A stretch of DNA of 64,000 nucleotides from Carcharhinus longimanus (Eukaryota): contig JASCQW010000081.1 in assembly GCA_030264375.1 (NCBI GenBank), positions 44,199,521-44,263,520 of the forward strand, given 5' to 3'. The position numbers and the translations under genes are program-made. The notes beneath the pieces were generated by a model. That model was not told the origin of the DNA and made no database searches. It saw nothing but the letters and a program-made list of their open reading frames with translations. Below are positions 12,828 through 24,249 of the stretch, piece after piece (the stretch's first letter is position 1; each line of letters starts with the position of its first letter).

Positions 12828-13040
12828 AATCATGGACACTGTAGTAAAGAAGGAGACCATTCAGCCCATCATTCCTGCACTGGCTCTTTCAAAGACCAGT
12901 TGTTTAATCCCACATCCTCACTTTGTGTCTGTAACCCTGTGAGTTTCTCAAATACCTGACAAACGTCCTTTTAAAATTATCTATGCAACCCACTTCCATC
13001 AACTTTTACAGCTAGTGTTCCAGATGCTGACAACTGACTT
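12828..13040 (-). mobile_element. Old CR1 3' end
   Basis: gaaggagaccattcagcccatc..ctgcactggctcttt is the reverse complement of the CR1 3' UTR stem-loop region. Confidence 0.65.
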
Positions 13041-13235
13041 CATTTATTTCTTCATCCATAATTGGGAACTGAGATATCTTAGTCTTTCTTAACGCCGTCT
13101 AGTCAAATTAGCTAAATTAACCTTATGTCCAGTTCTTTATTGGTCTCTATTCAGCTTATCAAACTATGTTGGCCTCAAAAGCTATTTTGTTTTGATACAA
13201 AATAGCTCCCAAGTGTTGTTTTGGCTTGACATATT

Positions 13236-13876
13236 GGGCCCAAATTTACCACCTGTTTTAAGACGCGAACATCTGGTAAAGTCGAGTGTGAAACGAGTAG
13301 CGCAATCCGCGCCCACCTATGCAGCTGTTCCCCCTCTAACAATGGCTGAAAGTGGCGGCAATCGGGACCAAGCCTGAACCAGGTGCAGCGGCAATTTAAA
13401 TGCATTTAAATGTTTTTAAATTGAATTGAATTAAATTGAATTATATTTATATTGAATTGAATTAAATTGGGTTGGATGCCCAACTTTACCGACACTTCCT
13501 CCTTTGCCACCGCGTTCACCCGTCCAGATTCAGCACAAAACAGACATGGTCGGCAAAGGGCCCTCCAGCTTCTGAGGAGGCTGGTCAGATGGCTCTCTGG
13601 TGTTGGGTGGAGAGAGGCGGGTCAGATGCTTCTCTGGTGGAGGGGGCAGGGAGTGAGGCGGGTCAGTTGGCTCTCTGGTGGGGGAAGGGAGGCGGGTCAG
13701 ACTGCTCTCTGGTGGGGGGACAGCATTTCGGGTGCGATAAGCCACGCCCACAGCACAATTTGGAATCACTGATATTTTTGAAGGCAGGGTGCGTATGGGG
13801 TCTACAAGTCGGATCTGAAACACTCCCAGATTCAAGTCCGCCCAGCACTTAGAATCAAAATGGTAAAATTGGGCCC
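13236..13876. mobile_element. Non-autonomous DNA transposon (Harbinger-like) with internal 26-bp repeats
   Basis: TIRs GGGCCCAAATTTACCA / TGGTAAAATTGGGCCC (15/16 match); CpG-retaining interior. Confidence 0.8.
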
Positions 13877-14189
13877 TATACCAGAACTGTAACATGTTTG
13901 TTCCTGATACCCTGCAATAACAGTACAACAAACAATCAAACATGTGTATTGGTCTGAAGGAACTGAAAAATATTCAAAATGTTACATGTAGTTTCTCTTT
14001 CCCGGTTCAGTGAAATTGGATCATCTTTTTTGCGTTTGTTTTTGCTCAGTTTTATCACACGGAGACCTAGAAATCTTTAGCAGTTACTCCAGGATTGCAG
14101 ATGTTGATGGCTGCAGTCTTGTGGTCATTGGGCAAGAAAGCTAGATGTCTATATCCCAACAGCTGGAGCGTGGCGACACTTTGCGAGCT

Positions 14190-14279
14190 ATGCATGGTAT
14201 GATTTGTATAGATAGCACGCAAAACAATACCTTTCACTGTATCTCGGTACCTGTGACAATAATAAATCAAATCAGAATC
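14190..14279 (+). mobile_element. Rex1-type 3' tail fragment
   Basis: aaacaatacctttcactgtatctcggtacctgtgacaataataaatcaaatc is homologous to 10910-10958. Confidence 0.75.
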
Positions 14280-16289
14280 TGCCAAGAAACTGGGCCAATC
14301 CTGAACTTCCTTGCTTAACTACTCAGAGGAATCCTCTGTGGTTTGCCTCTCAGCATAGGTCCAGGAGTAAGTGATTCCTGTATCAGCTCACCAGATTTGC
14401 ATTAACCAGTTCATGTTAGAAATAGTTTATTTTACAACTTCCTACCTTGGGATGGCATCATCTGTTTTGCGTTAGCCACTGGCCCCAGTTAAATTTCTCC
14501 TCCTTTCTCTGTATTTGTATGCACAATTCCCAGTTGGAGGCATATCTGATACACAGACGATCAATATCCACTTTTTCCCCCTTTTCTTGGAGGTGATAGA
14601 CCTCATTTGGTCATACTTATGTGATTCGGCTGATTTTTCTCCTCCTCCCAATTCCTCAATTGTAGCACTCCTATTGCTGTCCTGGTTGAGATCAATATGA
14701 TCTGCGGAGATCAGAGATTCAACCTGAACCAGTCCTGTCTGGTGATACTGGCACACTAACAAGGCAAGTGTCCAGTGCTGTTGAGGGAGCCTCTTAATTT
14801 CCACTTTCAAACAGTCTGTCATTTAAATATAATAAATGCACCTTTGTAGGAGAATCCAGTTTCTAAGATGGATAAGAAACTTGAATATGAGGAAGATGTA
14901 ACCCTGAGTAATAATGATGGAAGTTATCAATAACAGACTTGTGGAGGATGTCAGAGCACATCTTTATGATGAAGAGCAGCAGTCAACATATTGTCAGCTA
15001 TTAGCTTATCTAAAGGCTTGACACACCAACCAGGTATTAGATGACAAGCTAATTAAATAATGTTGAAAAGAGTTATCATTTAATACATATTGAGGTTAAA
15101 AGTCACACAACTGCAAATATTGTTAGCAATTTACTTTTCCCTAACCTGGTCCTTCAAGGGTTGTGGGAATTATACAAAACTTCCTTGATGTTGAAAGTGC
15201 TTTGTGGGCAGTGACATGACATCAGATAAAATCATCACTTCATTCAACTCAATTTTATTATTTCTTGTTAAACTAATCAGTGCATCCATCGGGGTATTTA
15301 CACCTCAATTTACATTGATTTCAGCCTGCAATGCTCTATTTGAAATCCAGAAATGATATCAAGTCTGTTCAAATAAAAGAGTTAAATGCTAAACATACTT
15401 CTGGTTTGGGCTACTGGTTTGGACATTGATAACATCTATTCCTTTAACCTTCCCATGCCTCCTCCCTCATTTTTCTCTCCAAGGAATAATTGGGGTGTCT
15501 GTAGTAGTTAATACAAACAGAAAATTGATGGTCATTTTCTTTAGATACTACTTTCAAGATGATAATTAGTTAGAGCAACAGATCCAGCAGAGCTGAGCTA
15601 TATTGCTGGTGTGGCATTGCATTCTAGCCAGGAGAAACAGGGCTATGAACATTCATGCAAGCATAGATTCATAAAGTCAAGTTCAGTTTTAGCACAATGC
15701 TAAACCGTATTTTACTAACTTTAAGAACAATGATTAGAAGTTTCTGACAGTTTATTGGACCTCTTGCAAATGTTTTAACTTCACGTTTTGGTACATATGA
15801 ACCAGTATCAAGTTGAAGTGATATGAGGCTGCTGTACTCTCTTGAGATGATCTAGCCCTTGGTGCTGCACAGTTTGCTTTTGTGTGGAACTGAAGCTATT
15901 ATGCATCGGTGTGATATGTATATTGTAATTCATCTATTTGTTTATTTCTCAAAAATAACATTTGGCGAATGAGAACTATGAGAATTTTTAAACAGTATCT
16001 TTTCAGCGTAATGTTACTGTGTGATTCTTTGATTTTGTATTGTAGGAATCAGTGCATCAACAGATCTAATCAATGTACTATTTATTCTCTCTGTAATGTT
16101 AAAGACTAATAAAATTCTTGCTGTTGATGCAGGGTGTATTGAATCAAATTGGCAGAAGGTCCTTGTCAATTGCAATAGTTTTAATCTTTTTATGATTGTA
16201 TAAACCATGTTTCTGAAATTTCGACTAGTCAATAAAAGCTTTGTAACACACAACTCACTGTTTGTTTCCAATGTGACTAATTGCAAGTT

Positions 16290-16450
16290 GGCACATGCAT
16301 AAGTGCTGCATCTAAGGACCTGGGTTTCAAACCAGCTGGAATGATGGTAGAAACATCTTATCCTGGCATTAATAATGATCTACTGTGAAATGAGCTTGAT
16401 CTGCTTCAAAGTGGCTGGCAAGTAACCAAAGGAAAAATTGGTGAAATGGC
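16290..16450 (+). mobile_element. Ancient tRNA-SINE fragment resembling the LF-SINE 5' half
   Basis: tctaaggacctgggtttcaaaccagc and ctactgtgaaatgagc resemble recalled LF-SINE motifs in the same order. Confidence 0.35.
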
Positions 16451-17174
16451 AGAAGGTAGGAAAAGTTAAGGAACAAAAGGGATGATGGGAAGAGTTTTGT
16501 TGGGTGTTGAGGCCTCTCCTGCCTGCTGGAGAACTGGCTGGAAGCTGTCAGAAGACCCACAGTGCCTCTTTTGGGAAAGGCTCAAGATTCCAGGGGCAGA
16601 AAGTCTGCTTAGTGAGAGCTCCTGGCCACACTATTGCTGGGAACTCTTGCGCTCAGCGATGTCTCTGAGGAGGCTGTGACAGCTGCAGGAAGAATACAGT
16701 CTAGAAAACCAGGATTGCAGAAGACCCAGTCTATAGGTAAATAATGTGGGAGACAGTGGGGGATGGGATCACGAGGAAAGGAGGCTAGAGTGTCAGAAGC
16801 AAAAACAGGGGGTGCTTTCAGCAGGCCACCCATTCCCAATGGCCGATCATTGACCTTCCCTTTCAGTTCCTAAATCTGGTGGAGGCGGAGAGGCCATGGA
16901 GTTCAAATACCCATCATTTCACTTAAGTGGCCTTCTTGCCTCCAAGACCATCACCAGCAGGAGCTGAAGATTCCACCCCACTGTACAAGGCAAAAAGGGT
17001 GGCAATGAAACAAGAATAAAAGCAAAAGATGCATTTAGGGGAGGTTTGTATGGAAAAGGCAGAGACATCATCAACCACTGTTGTCCAAAAACACACACTC
17101 TCAAAATCCACGTGTCTGATTTCACACACTGCCGGTCTGCCAGCAGAAATTTCCCATAAACTCTATTCCTCAAT

Positions 17175-17600
17175 CACTAACTCCATCGCTTTCCATGAAA
17201 CTGTCTGAAGCAGACTGTTAGTGTCATAGTTCACCTTGGGATAACTTCCTGACCACTTGTTTCTACCTGTAATACTGTTCAACCAAGCCACTGCCTCAGT
17301 TCATCTGTTGCTGAAACCTTCATTCATGCCTTCATTACCTTTAAACTTGACTATTCCAATTCTCCTGGTCACTCTCCCACACTCTGCACTCTGTAAAATT
17401 GAGATAATTGAAAACTCTGTGTGACCCTCATACCAAGTCTCACTTGCTCATCACCCCATGTGCTCACTGACCTATTTTGGCTCCTGATTAAAACTTTGCT
17501 CCTTTCAACTTTTTAGTCATCTATCCTAATGCCCCCTTATGTGGTTTGATGTCATTTTATTTGCTAACACTGCTAGGTAGCATCTTTGTAGTATCACAGA
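17175..17600 (+). mobile_element. L2-clade LINE 3' fragment
   Basis: gctgaaaccttcattcatgccttcattacctttaaacttgactattccaattc encodes AETFIHAFITFKLDYSNS (L2 ORF2 C-terminal motif). Confidence 0.8.
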
Positions 17601-17704
17601 ATTACACAAAATATCTGACTATATTAAAGAGACTGTACAAAAGCATGTTATTGTTGTGAACTATTATAATTAGAGTGCAGCAGGGCATAAAATTACATGA
17701 TGAC

Positions 17705-17817
17705 AAGGGTGAATAGAGTAAATGCATGGAGTTATGAGAATAGGGCCTAGGTGGGATTGTGGTCACTGCAGAATTGATGGGCCAAATGACCTTATCCTGC
17801 ACTGTTGGATTCTATGA
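17705..17817 (+). mobile_element. HE1 SINE 3' tail fragment
   Basis: aatagggcctaggtgggattgtggtc..gatgggccaaatgacc..ctgcactgttggattctatga. Confidence 0.75.
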
Positions 17818-18329
17818 CAATTGCAGCTACATCCAACATCCAATATCCTTTCCTTCATTGTGGGGAAAAGAATTGAAAAGTAGTGCTAGATTTTGAAATT
17901 TTTGAAGTGGCAGGTGAAATCTGATGGAACAAGATTATTTCCCATGTTCCATCACCTGGAAAAATTTGACATTGTCTTATTTTATTTATTTTCCAATTTT
18001 TTTGAAGTACATTAGGAGAAGGAGGCACAGAAAAAGCTCTGGGATACTGAGGGAAGAGAAATCCAGTCAAAATACAACACTACCAGAAGTTGATCCAAAA
18101 TTAATTGGCTTGAACTTGACAAAGTGGATTTTATACCCAAAGAGACCACACTGCTGAATGAACTCTGGGACAGAGGGATGAGAAAGCTAATGATCTTGAA
18201 GAGTCACATAAAACATATTTTACATCCTTTGCAGTTATTACATTCCTTTAAATAGCTGAGGAAGTACATAGCTAAGGATCTAATAACTGGGGGGAATACA
18301 GTGAATCAGATGAGTACCCCAAGTAACAA

Positions 18330-18755
18330 TGGTTCAATTAGAAATATACTCTCCTCTGAGTCAGATGGTTGAGGGCGGAGGTCTCATTCAAGGTACTTGA
18401 GGGCAAAATCTAGGATAACACTCAATTGCAGTGCCGAGGGAGTATTTCACTGTGGGAAGAGCTATTCTTCAAATGAAACATGAAGCTCCGACACCACCTG
18501 TCTCTCAGGTGGACATAAAAAACCCAGGATGCTTTTCCAAAGGTGAATGGAAAAGTTATGTCCTGGTGCCCTGACCAGTATTTATTAATAAATCAACATA
18601 ATTAAAACAGATTATTGGCTCATTTGTGGGACCTTGGTGTGATGCAATTCAACTGTTGCATTTTCTATTTGTAATGTGATAACATATCGAAAGTAGTCCC
18701 TGACTCTAAAGCTTTTGGGGACATCCTGAGGTGACACAATTTTCTATATGAGAAG
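18330..18755 (+). mobile_element. Deu-domain SINE (SacSINE1-like), old
   Basis: ctctgagtcagatggttg head; tgcagtgccgagggagt; ctctcaggtggacataaaa; aaaacagattat; L2-like tail ttggggacatcctgaggt. Confidence 0.75.
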
Positions 18756-18789
18756 AACCCTATAGTCTTCAGGCAGTCACTCACTTGTC

Positions 18790-19330
18790 CTTTCAAGGCC
18801 CACCTGCCCTCCCTGCTTACCTGGCGTGGTTTGTCACCTGGCAAGGGGTCCAAGAGACTATGATCCATCTTGCCTCCCGTCACTCCACAAAGCTAATGGT
18901 TGAGCCGTATTGGGGAAGTCAGTTCACACCTCCTGCACCGACTTGATTGTCTGCTGCATCTGGTTCTCCATGTTGGTCGTCAGTCTCTGTGGAGGCTGCC
19001 GTACATTTGCAGGACCGAGACATGGTGCATTCATGGCACAGTTAGACTCTTCCATTATATGTGGATGGGAGCAAACAGCTTCTTGAAACTCTAAACATCC
19101 ATGCATTGTGCGCTACTGCTCCAGTGATCCAAGATTTGAAGGACTTCTCCTCCCATCTACAGAAAAGTGCACATTTCTATCCATTCCCTTGCTGCTTGTA
19201 TCAGCATCTTCAGTAAACCTTGGTCTAATCTCTCCACTGACTGCATTGCTGCTCAGCATTGCTTGGTCAACACCCCTACCATTGCCCTCATTGTGTGCAG
19301 CCTGGAAGAGGGTTACTCAGTTCCCTTTAA
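18790..19330 (-). pseudogene. Harbinger Myb/SANT-like accessory gene relic
   Basis: Minus strand RPRFTE../MLIQAAREW../FSVDGRRSPSNL (frameshifted Myb/SANT start) and MEESNCAM..QRLTTNMENQMQQTIKSVQEV (C-terminal coiled-coil-like region). Confidence 0.55.
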
Positions 19331-20252
19331 ATGTAGTGCCTGCCTTTGAGCTGCTAGAGCTTCCTCATGCCTGCCACCCATTATTGACTGCTTCTCTTGC
19401 CTATAGGGCATATACTGACTGTAGGTGGCAAAATCCTCAACGAGCCCTGCTGCTGCCCTGTGCAGCATGTGACCCATGCTGAACCCTGACATTGGGATTT
19501 CCTCTCCTTTGTTCAACTTCAATTCTTAGGCTCTGAATACAATCAGTTAAATTCACTGTCACTTGCGGGTGAATGACAGACAACTTAACCACTCCAGCTC
19601 ACTGCAGGAAATTGTTTTTTTGCTTCTGCAGGCATCATGTTCTATCTAAATATTCATAGTATTGAACCACTGTGAATTGAGTAAGACTCACTACAGAAGA
19701 AAGTACAAATGAGTTTAATTCTCTTTGTGCACCTGGGAGACAAACATGTGCTCTGGCACCTGACAAAAACATATGTTAGCTGAGAAATATCCTTTTTGGG
19801 TTGTCTTTGAGAACAAAAGGCCTCCCTCGCTCTTATTTAAAAAGTTGGAATAATGTTACCACAACATTTGCTATTTCCCTTGAGGGACAGGAGCCTGAAG
19901 TATATTACTGTGATTTACGATAGTTACAAAGGGATCCTAAATCTAAGACATAAACTCCCAGAAGGGAAAGATTGAGGTGCTTGATCTCTTTGGAACGGAA
20001 CATTCAGAGCAAGAGAGATATATCAGCCATATATCCTGGAACATAGTCTTCATGATTACAGTATAGTGCAAAATCGTAAAATAATCCAGGACTAACCCAG
20101 GTGGATGGAAGTTTTTCCACACAACAGTCATTGGATACAATTAAAAAGTGAGATAAAGAAATGAATCTAAAATGTTTTAAAAATACTGTGTTAGTGTTTA
20201 GAGGATAGATTTTGAGAAGGAAAAACAGCACTGGACTGAGATCAGGGTATAT

Positions 20253-21255
20253 GGGGCGATTCTCCCAAAAAAGTTCTAAGTATCGAATTTGCGTAAAAAG
20301 TGGAGTAAATCTCGCTGGATTTTTCAGCGGTAGTTTCAAAATGGATCTTCCACACTCTGTGCACTGTAGGTTTGGGTGAAAATTCAGGGGTGGGGCCTAT
20401 TCCCGCCTGAGAGGCTGGCAGTGTAGCACTGACCGGGCCACTGTGCATACACTGATCTGTCAAAGCCGAGATCAGCCCACGTGCATTGGCCCTGCACTGC
20501 CTAGTTTCCGATCGCCGGCCAGCTCAATCGCTGGCCAGCCCCGTGACCCCCACATCACTGGCCCTCTGACTCCCCCGCGGCCCGATCACTGCTCCCCCAA
20601 ACATGTCCTGCCAACTTCAATCAGCAACCCCACCCCCTCCATACACCCCCGGCCATCGCCCGCCTCGATCAACGCTGTTCCCCCCCACACCTCAATCCCA
20701 GCCCTAATCGCTGGTCTCCTCCCTTCGTCACTCAGTCCGATTGCAGAGTGGCAGCAGGACCCTCCACCCTCACGATCTCCCCTGAGAGGCCCTGCCTCAG
20801 TAGGCCCTGCTCCCTGGGCACTGCCCAGTGCTAATGGCAAGGTGGCAATGCCCAGAGGACACCTCCCCAGCGCCCAAACCCTCCCCCTCCCCCTTCACTC
20901 CATTAGGACTGGGCCGCTAGTTTCCAACAATTGGGAAACCACAATGAACCCCGCTGGAGTGAACCACCCCTGGTGGGGTTGGGGAGGAGCGGATGTGGAG
21001 ACACTGGCAGGCCAGGAGATTTCGGTTCTGGGTGGGCCTGAGAATGATGCTTAGAATGTATTGAAATTAGAATTTAAATACATTATTGCAGCTCCACTCC
21101 CATTTCTGGTGCGGAGCTGATGGCACTGGAAATCCGGCTGCCGGAGGCTCACGGAGGCCATGGCGCCCAGCAGGAATCCCAGGGAACTGCCTCCCCTTGA
21201 GTCTCCCTGCCCGCTGCACTACAAAAGCAGCTCAGTGGCCTGGGAGAATCACCCC
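20253..21255 (+). mobile_element. Approximately 1-kb non-autonomous Harbinger-like DNA transposon
   Basis: TIRs GGGGCGATTCTCCCA / TGGGAGAATCACCCC; GC/CpG-rich interior; second copy inverted at 28610-29232. Confidence 0.85.
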
Positions 21256-22513
21256 CAACATGTTCAGCTTGCCTGTCATCGTACTGACAAACTCAACTGG
21301 TAGGTTTTTATGAATCAGGGTAAGTATGGCTTGTTTTTGGTGGAGGGTTGAAAGGTATAACTGCAAAAGCCCACCCAGTTCTGACAAAGGTCAGGGGAAA
21401 GCAAATCCCCTGAAGAGGAAATGACAATCAAAAGTAATGCATAAACATTAAGGCACAGAATATTTATAAGAATCGCCCATTAATAAACAAAAATAATTAA
21501 GTGCAGTTGGATCCCTTACTATGAATGAAAGAACTGAACTTATCTTCTGGCTGATCATCCAAAAAAAGGAACCATGCCAATGCTAATATAGCATGGACCA
21601 AATGAACCTCTGCACCCACTGAGATAAGTGTTCATCTTTAAGACCTTTCCCTACTCTGGCAATGTAAATGAAATATATACTCGATTCTTAAAATGCAAGA
21701 TGAGAAATCCATGAATTCCCAACCCTCTACAATCTAGAAACAAACAGGCAATATGTGAAAACAAACATTCAACTCCCTCTTCTCTCCTTAGGGTCTGAGA
21801 CACAGCCATATTCACACCATGAAGCAGAAGCGACAGTCCCTCTTCAGTATCAGCCTCTTGCTAATGACAGCTGGCAGCTGCAGGCACATAGAGAAACAGC
21901 CCCGTGCGCTTTGCTTGCAATCACAGGAGTCACTCCACATCTGTCAGTAAGGAAGGGCCAAAGACCCTGCAAACATAATATTGTAAAAAAAGGGACTATA
22001 AATGGTTATAAGTATCCTCTGCCAGAAGAAAAGTAATAGAAAACAATTACAATGAAGTTAAGCAACTAAAAAAAAATCTCTCCAGTAAATGAATAGTATG
22101 ATCGATCTATCCTTCAAGTATAACAAATTAGCCAGCACTAGATTTCCTCCAAATGTAGCTTGGAAAAAGCAATGAACTAAAGCATTCTGAAATCAAATTT
22201 GGCAACAAAAAGGAGCATTTTATTAACAAGCGGCTTGAAGAAGCTTTCAATTAAATCTGGAGTTCTGTATTCTGGTGATTATGTTACTGAATTAATAATC
22301 TAGAATTATTGGGAAAATGTTTTGACTCACCTGGATAAGAGGAGGGTGCCTGACAGAGGATGACAGTCCAGAATTTGATGCTTTCTGCCCCCATTCGACA
22401 TAGTGAGTGTGACACCATCAATTGATTCCTCACCCGGACACCAGCCTGATTGACAGGTTTGGCTTTTAATCAAGTAGGAGTGACTGAGGAGGGCAATTGA
22501 TCTGAGCCATGAT

Positions 22514-22870
22514 GGGCAGCACCATGGCACAGCAGTTAACACTGCTGCCTCACAACACCAGAGACCCAGGTTCAATTCCAGCCTTGGGTGACTGTTTGGA
22601 GTTTGCATGTTCCCCCCTATGTCTGCATGGGTTTCCTTTGGGTGCTCCAATTTCCTCCCACAGTCCAAAGGTATATGGGTTAGGTGTATTGGCCATGCTA
22701 AATTGCCCTTTAAACGTCCCAAGAGGTATAAGTTAGGGGAATTAGTGGGGTAAATATGTGGGGTTACGGGAATAGGGGCTGGGCTGGATGCTCTGTCGGA
22801 GAGTCGGTGCAGGCTCGATGGGCCAAATAGTCTCCTTCTGCAAAGTATGGATTCTATGATTCTTCTATGA
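22514..22870 (+). mobile_element. HE1-type V-SINE, full length, CR1-type tail
   Basis: tRNA head, V domain, tail gatgggccaaatagtctccttctgca..ggattctatgattct. Confidence 0.9.
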
Positions 22871-23428
22871 ATGGGCAGGGGTTGATGCTGAGGGCAGGTG
22901 CTTTGATCAGGTTGGGGGGATTGGAGACCTGGGCAGAGGTGGAGTTGGGTGAGAAGAAATTGGGTTGGAGGTGTAATTGGAGTAGTGGGTGGTGATGATC
23001 AGAGGCTTTGTGGGGGAAATAAACCATCAAGTGGCTTGTTTTTATTTCCACTTCCAAATGTTGGAATTTCAGATCCCACCACAGCCGCTTCAAACTTTGT
23101 AAGTGTAAAAATGCTACATTCCCCAGTACTAACGTCACTCTGCTTGAAAACAAAATCACTGAATGAGAGAAAGTGCTAATTGTGCTGCTAGTAATTGCTG
23201 CTACTTTAATCGATTAAAGCCAAGACCAGCTGGAAGATTTTGTAATAGGTTGGCAATTGCTTCGCAGACTCATTTCTTAATTTGAGCTATTTGGAGCTGC
23301 AGCAACCTATAATTATTTTCTCCTCTTTCCCCCTCTGACCTCCTGTAAGTTTTGAGATTCAGTTTCACAGGTGCTGTTCTTTCCCATTTTAAAATGGTCA
23401 TCATTCACATATGACCATTAATCATGGT

Positions 23429-24162
23429 GAGCAACACTGTGGCATAGTGCTTAGCACTGCAGCCTCACAGTGCCAGGGACTTGGGTCCGATTCCAGCTTA
23501 GGTCACCGTCATCAAAGAAGAAACAGCAAAGCACCTAGAAAAGAATGGTTTGATCGAGCAGACACAGCACAGATTCATTAAGGGGAAGTCGTGTTTAACG
23601 AATTTATTGGATTTCTATGAGGATGTGACTAGTGTGGTAGACAGAGGGGAACCAGTGGATGTGGTGTTTTTAGATTTCCAAAAGGCGTTTGATAAGGTGC
23701 CTCACAAAAGGTNNNNNNNNNNNNNNNNNNNNNNNNNNNNNNNNNNNNNNNNNNNNNNNNNNNNNNNNNNNNNNNNNNNNNNNNNNNNNNNNNNNNNNNN
23801 NNNNNNNNNNNNCAAGGGGATTAAGGGTTATGGGGAGAAAGCGGGAAAGTGGAACTGATCCACTTCAGATCAGCCATGATCTTATTGAACGACAGGGCAG
23901 GCCCAAAGGGCTAGATGGCCTACTCCTGCTCCTATTTCTTATGTTCTTATTGTGGAATCTTCTCCCCATGTTTGTGTGGATTTCCTCTGGGTGCTCCAGT
24001 TTCCTCCCACAGTCTGAAAGATGTGCTGGTTAGGCACATTGGCCATGCTAAATTCTCCCTTAGCGTACCCCGAACAGAAGCTGGAATGTGGCGACGAGGG
24101 ATTTTCACAGTAACTTCATTACAGTGTTAATGTAAGCCTACTTGTTATACTAATAAATAAAC
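23429..24162 (+). mobile_element. V-SINE with alternative tail, split by a CR1 insertion
   Basis: Head 23429-23510 resumes at 23951 (tgtggaatc..ggtgctccagtttcctcccacag) and ends ttcattacagtgttaatgtaagcctacttgttatactaataaataaac. Confidence 0.85.
23511..23950 (+). mobile_element. CR1 LINE, 5'-truncated (RT domain to 3' UTR), contains a 100-N gap
   Basis: QHRFIKGKSCLTNLLDFYEDVTSVVDRGEPVDVVFLDFQKAFDKVPHKR; 3' end ggcctactcctgctcctatttcttatgttcttat. Confidence 0.95.
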
Positions 24163-24249
24163 AAAAAGGCATCTCTGCCAGGCCATACCCAGCTGTGCTC
24201 CCAGGCTGAATCCACCTTTGCTTCTTTTCCTGTGCTTGTGGTGGCCAAA

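Noticed and set aside
13577-13714. CRISPR-like repeat-spacer appearance
   Set aside because: Spacers are only 8-15 nt, low-complexity and G-rich; repeats are degenerate; no cas genes; eukaryotic transposon context.
14850-15032. AG..GT-bounded segment resembling an exon (ENPVSKMDKKLEYEED..)
   Set aside because: Stops occur in all frames before the donor, no homolog is recognised and the polypyrimidine tract is weak.
20443-21054. 203-aa proline-rich ORF
   Set aside because: Lies wholly within a GC-rich TIR element; low-complexity translation with no domain, consistent with a stop-poor composition artefact.
20253-21255. CpG-island-like promoter
   Set aside because: CpG/GC enrichment is bounded by TIRs and has a second copy at 28.6-29.2 kb, so it reflects a relatively young transposon.
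22514-22590. tRNA gene-like A/B boxes (also at other SINE heads)
   Set aside because: These are SINE heads continuing into the V domain; no complete cloverleaf is evident.
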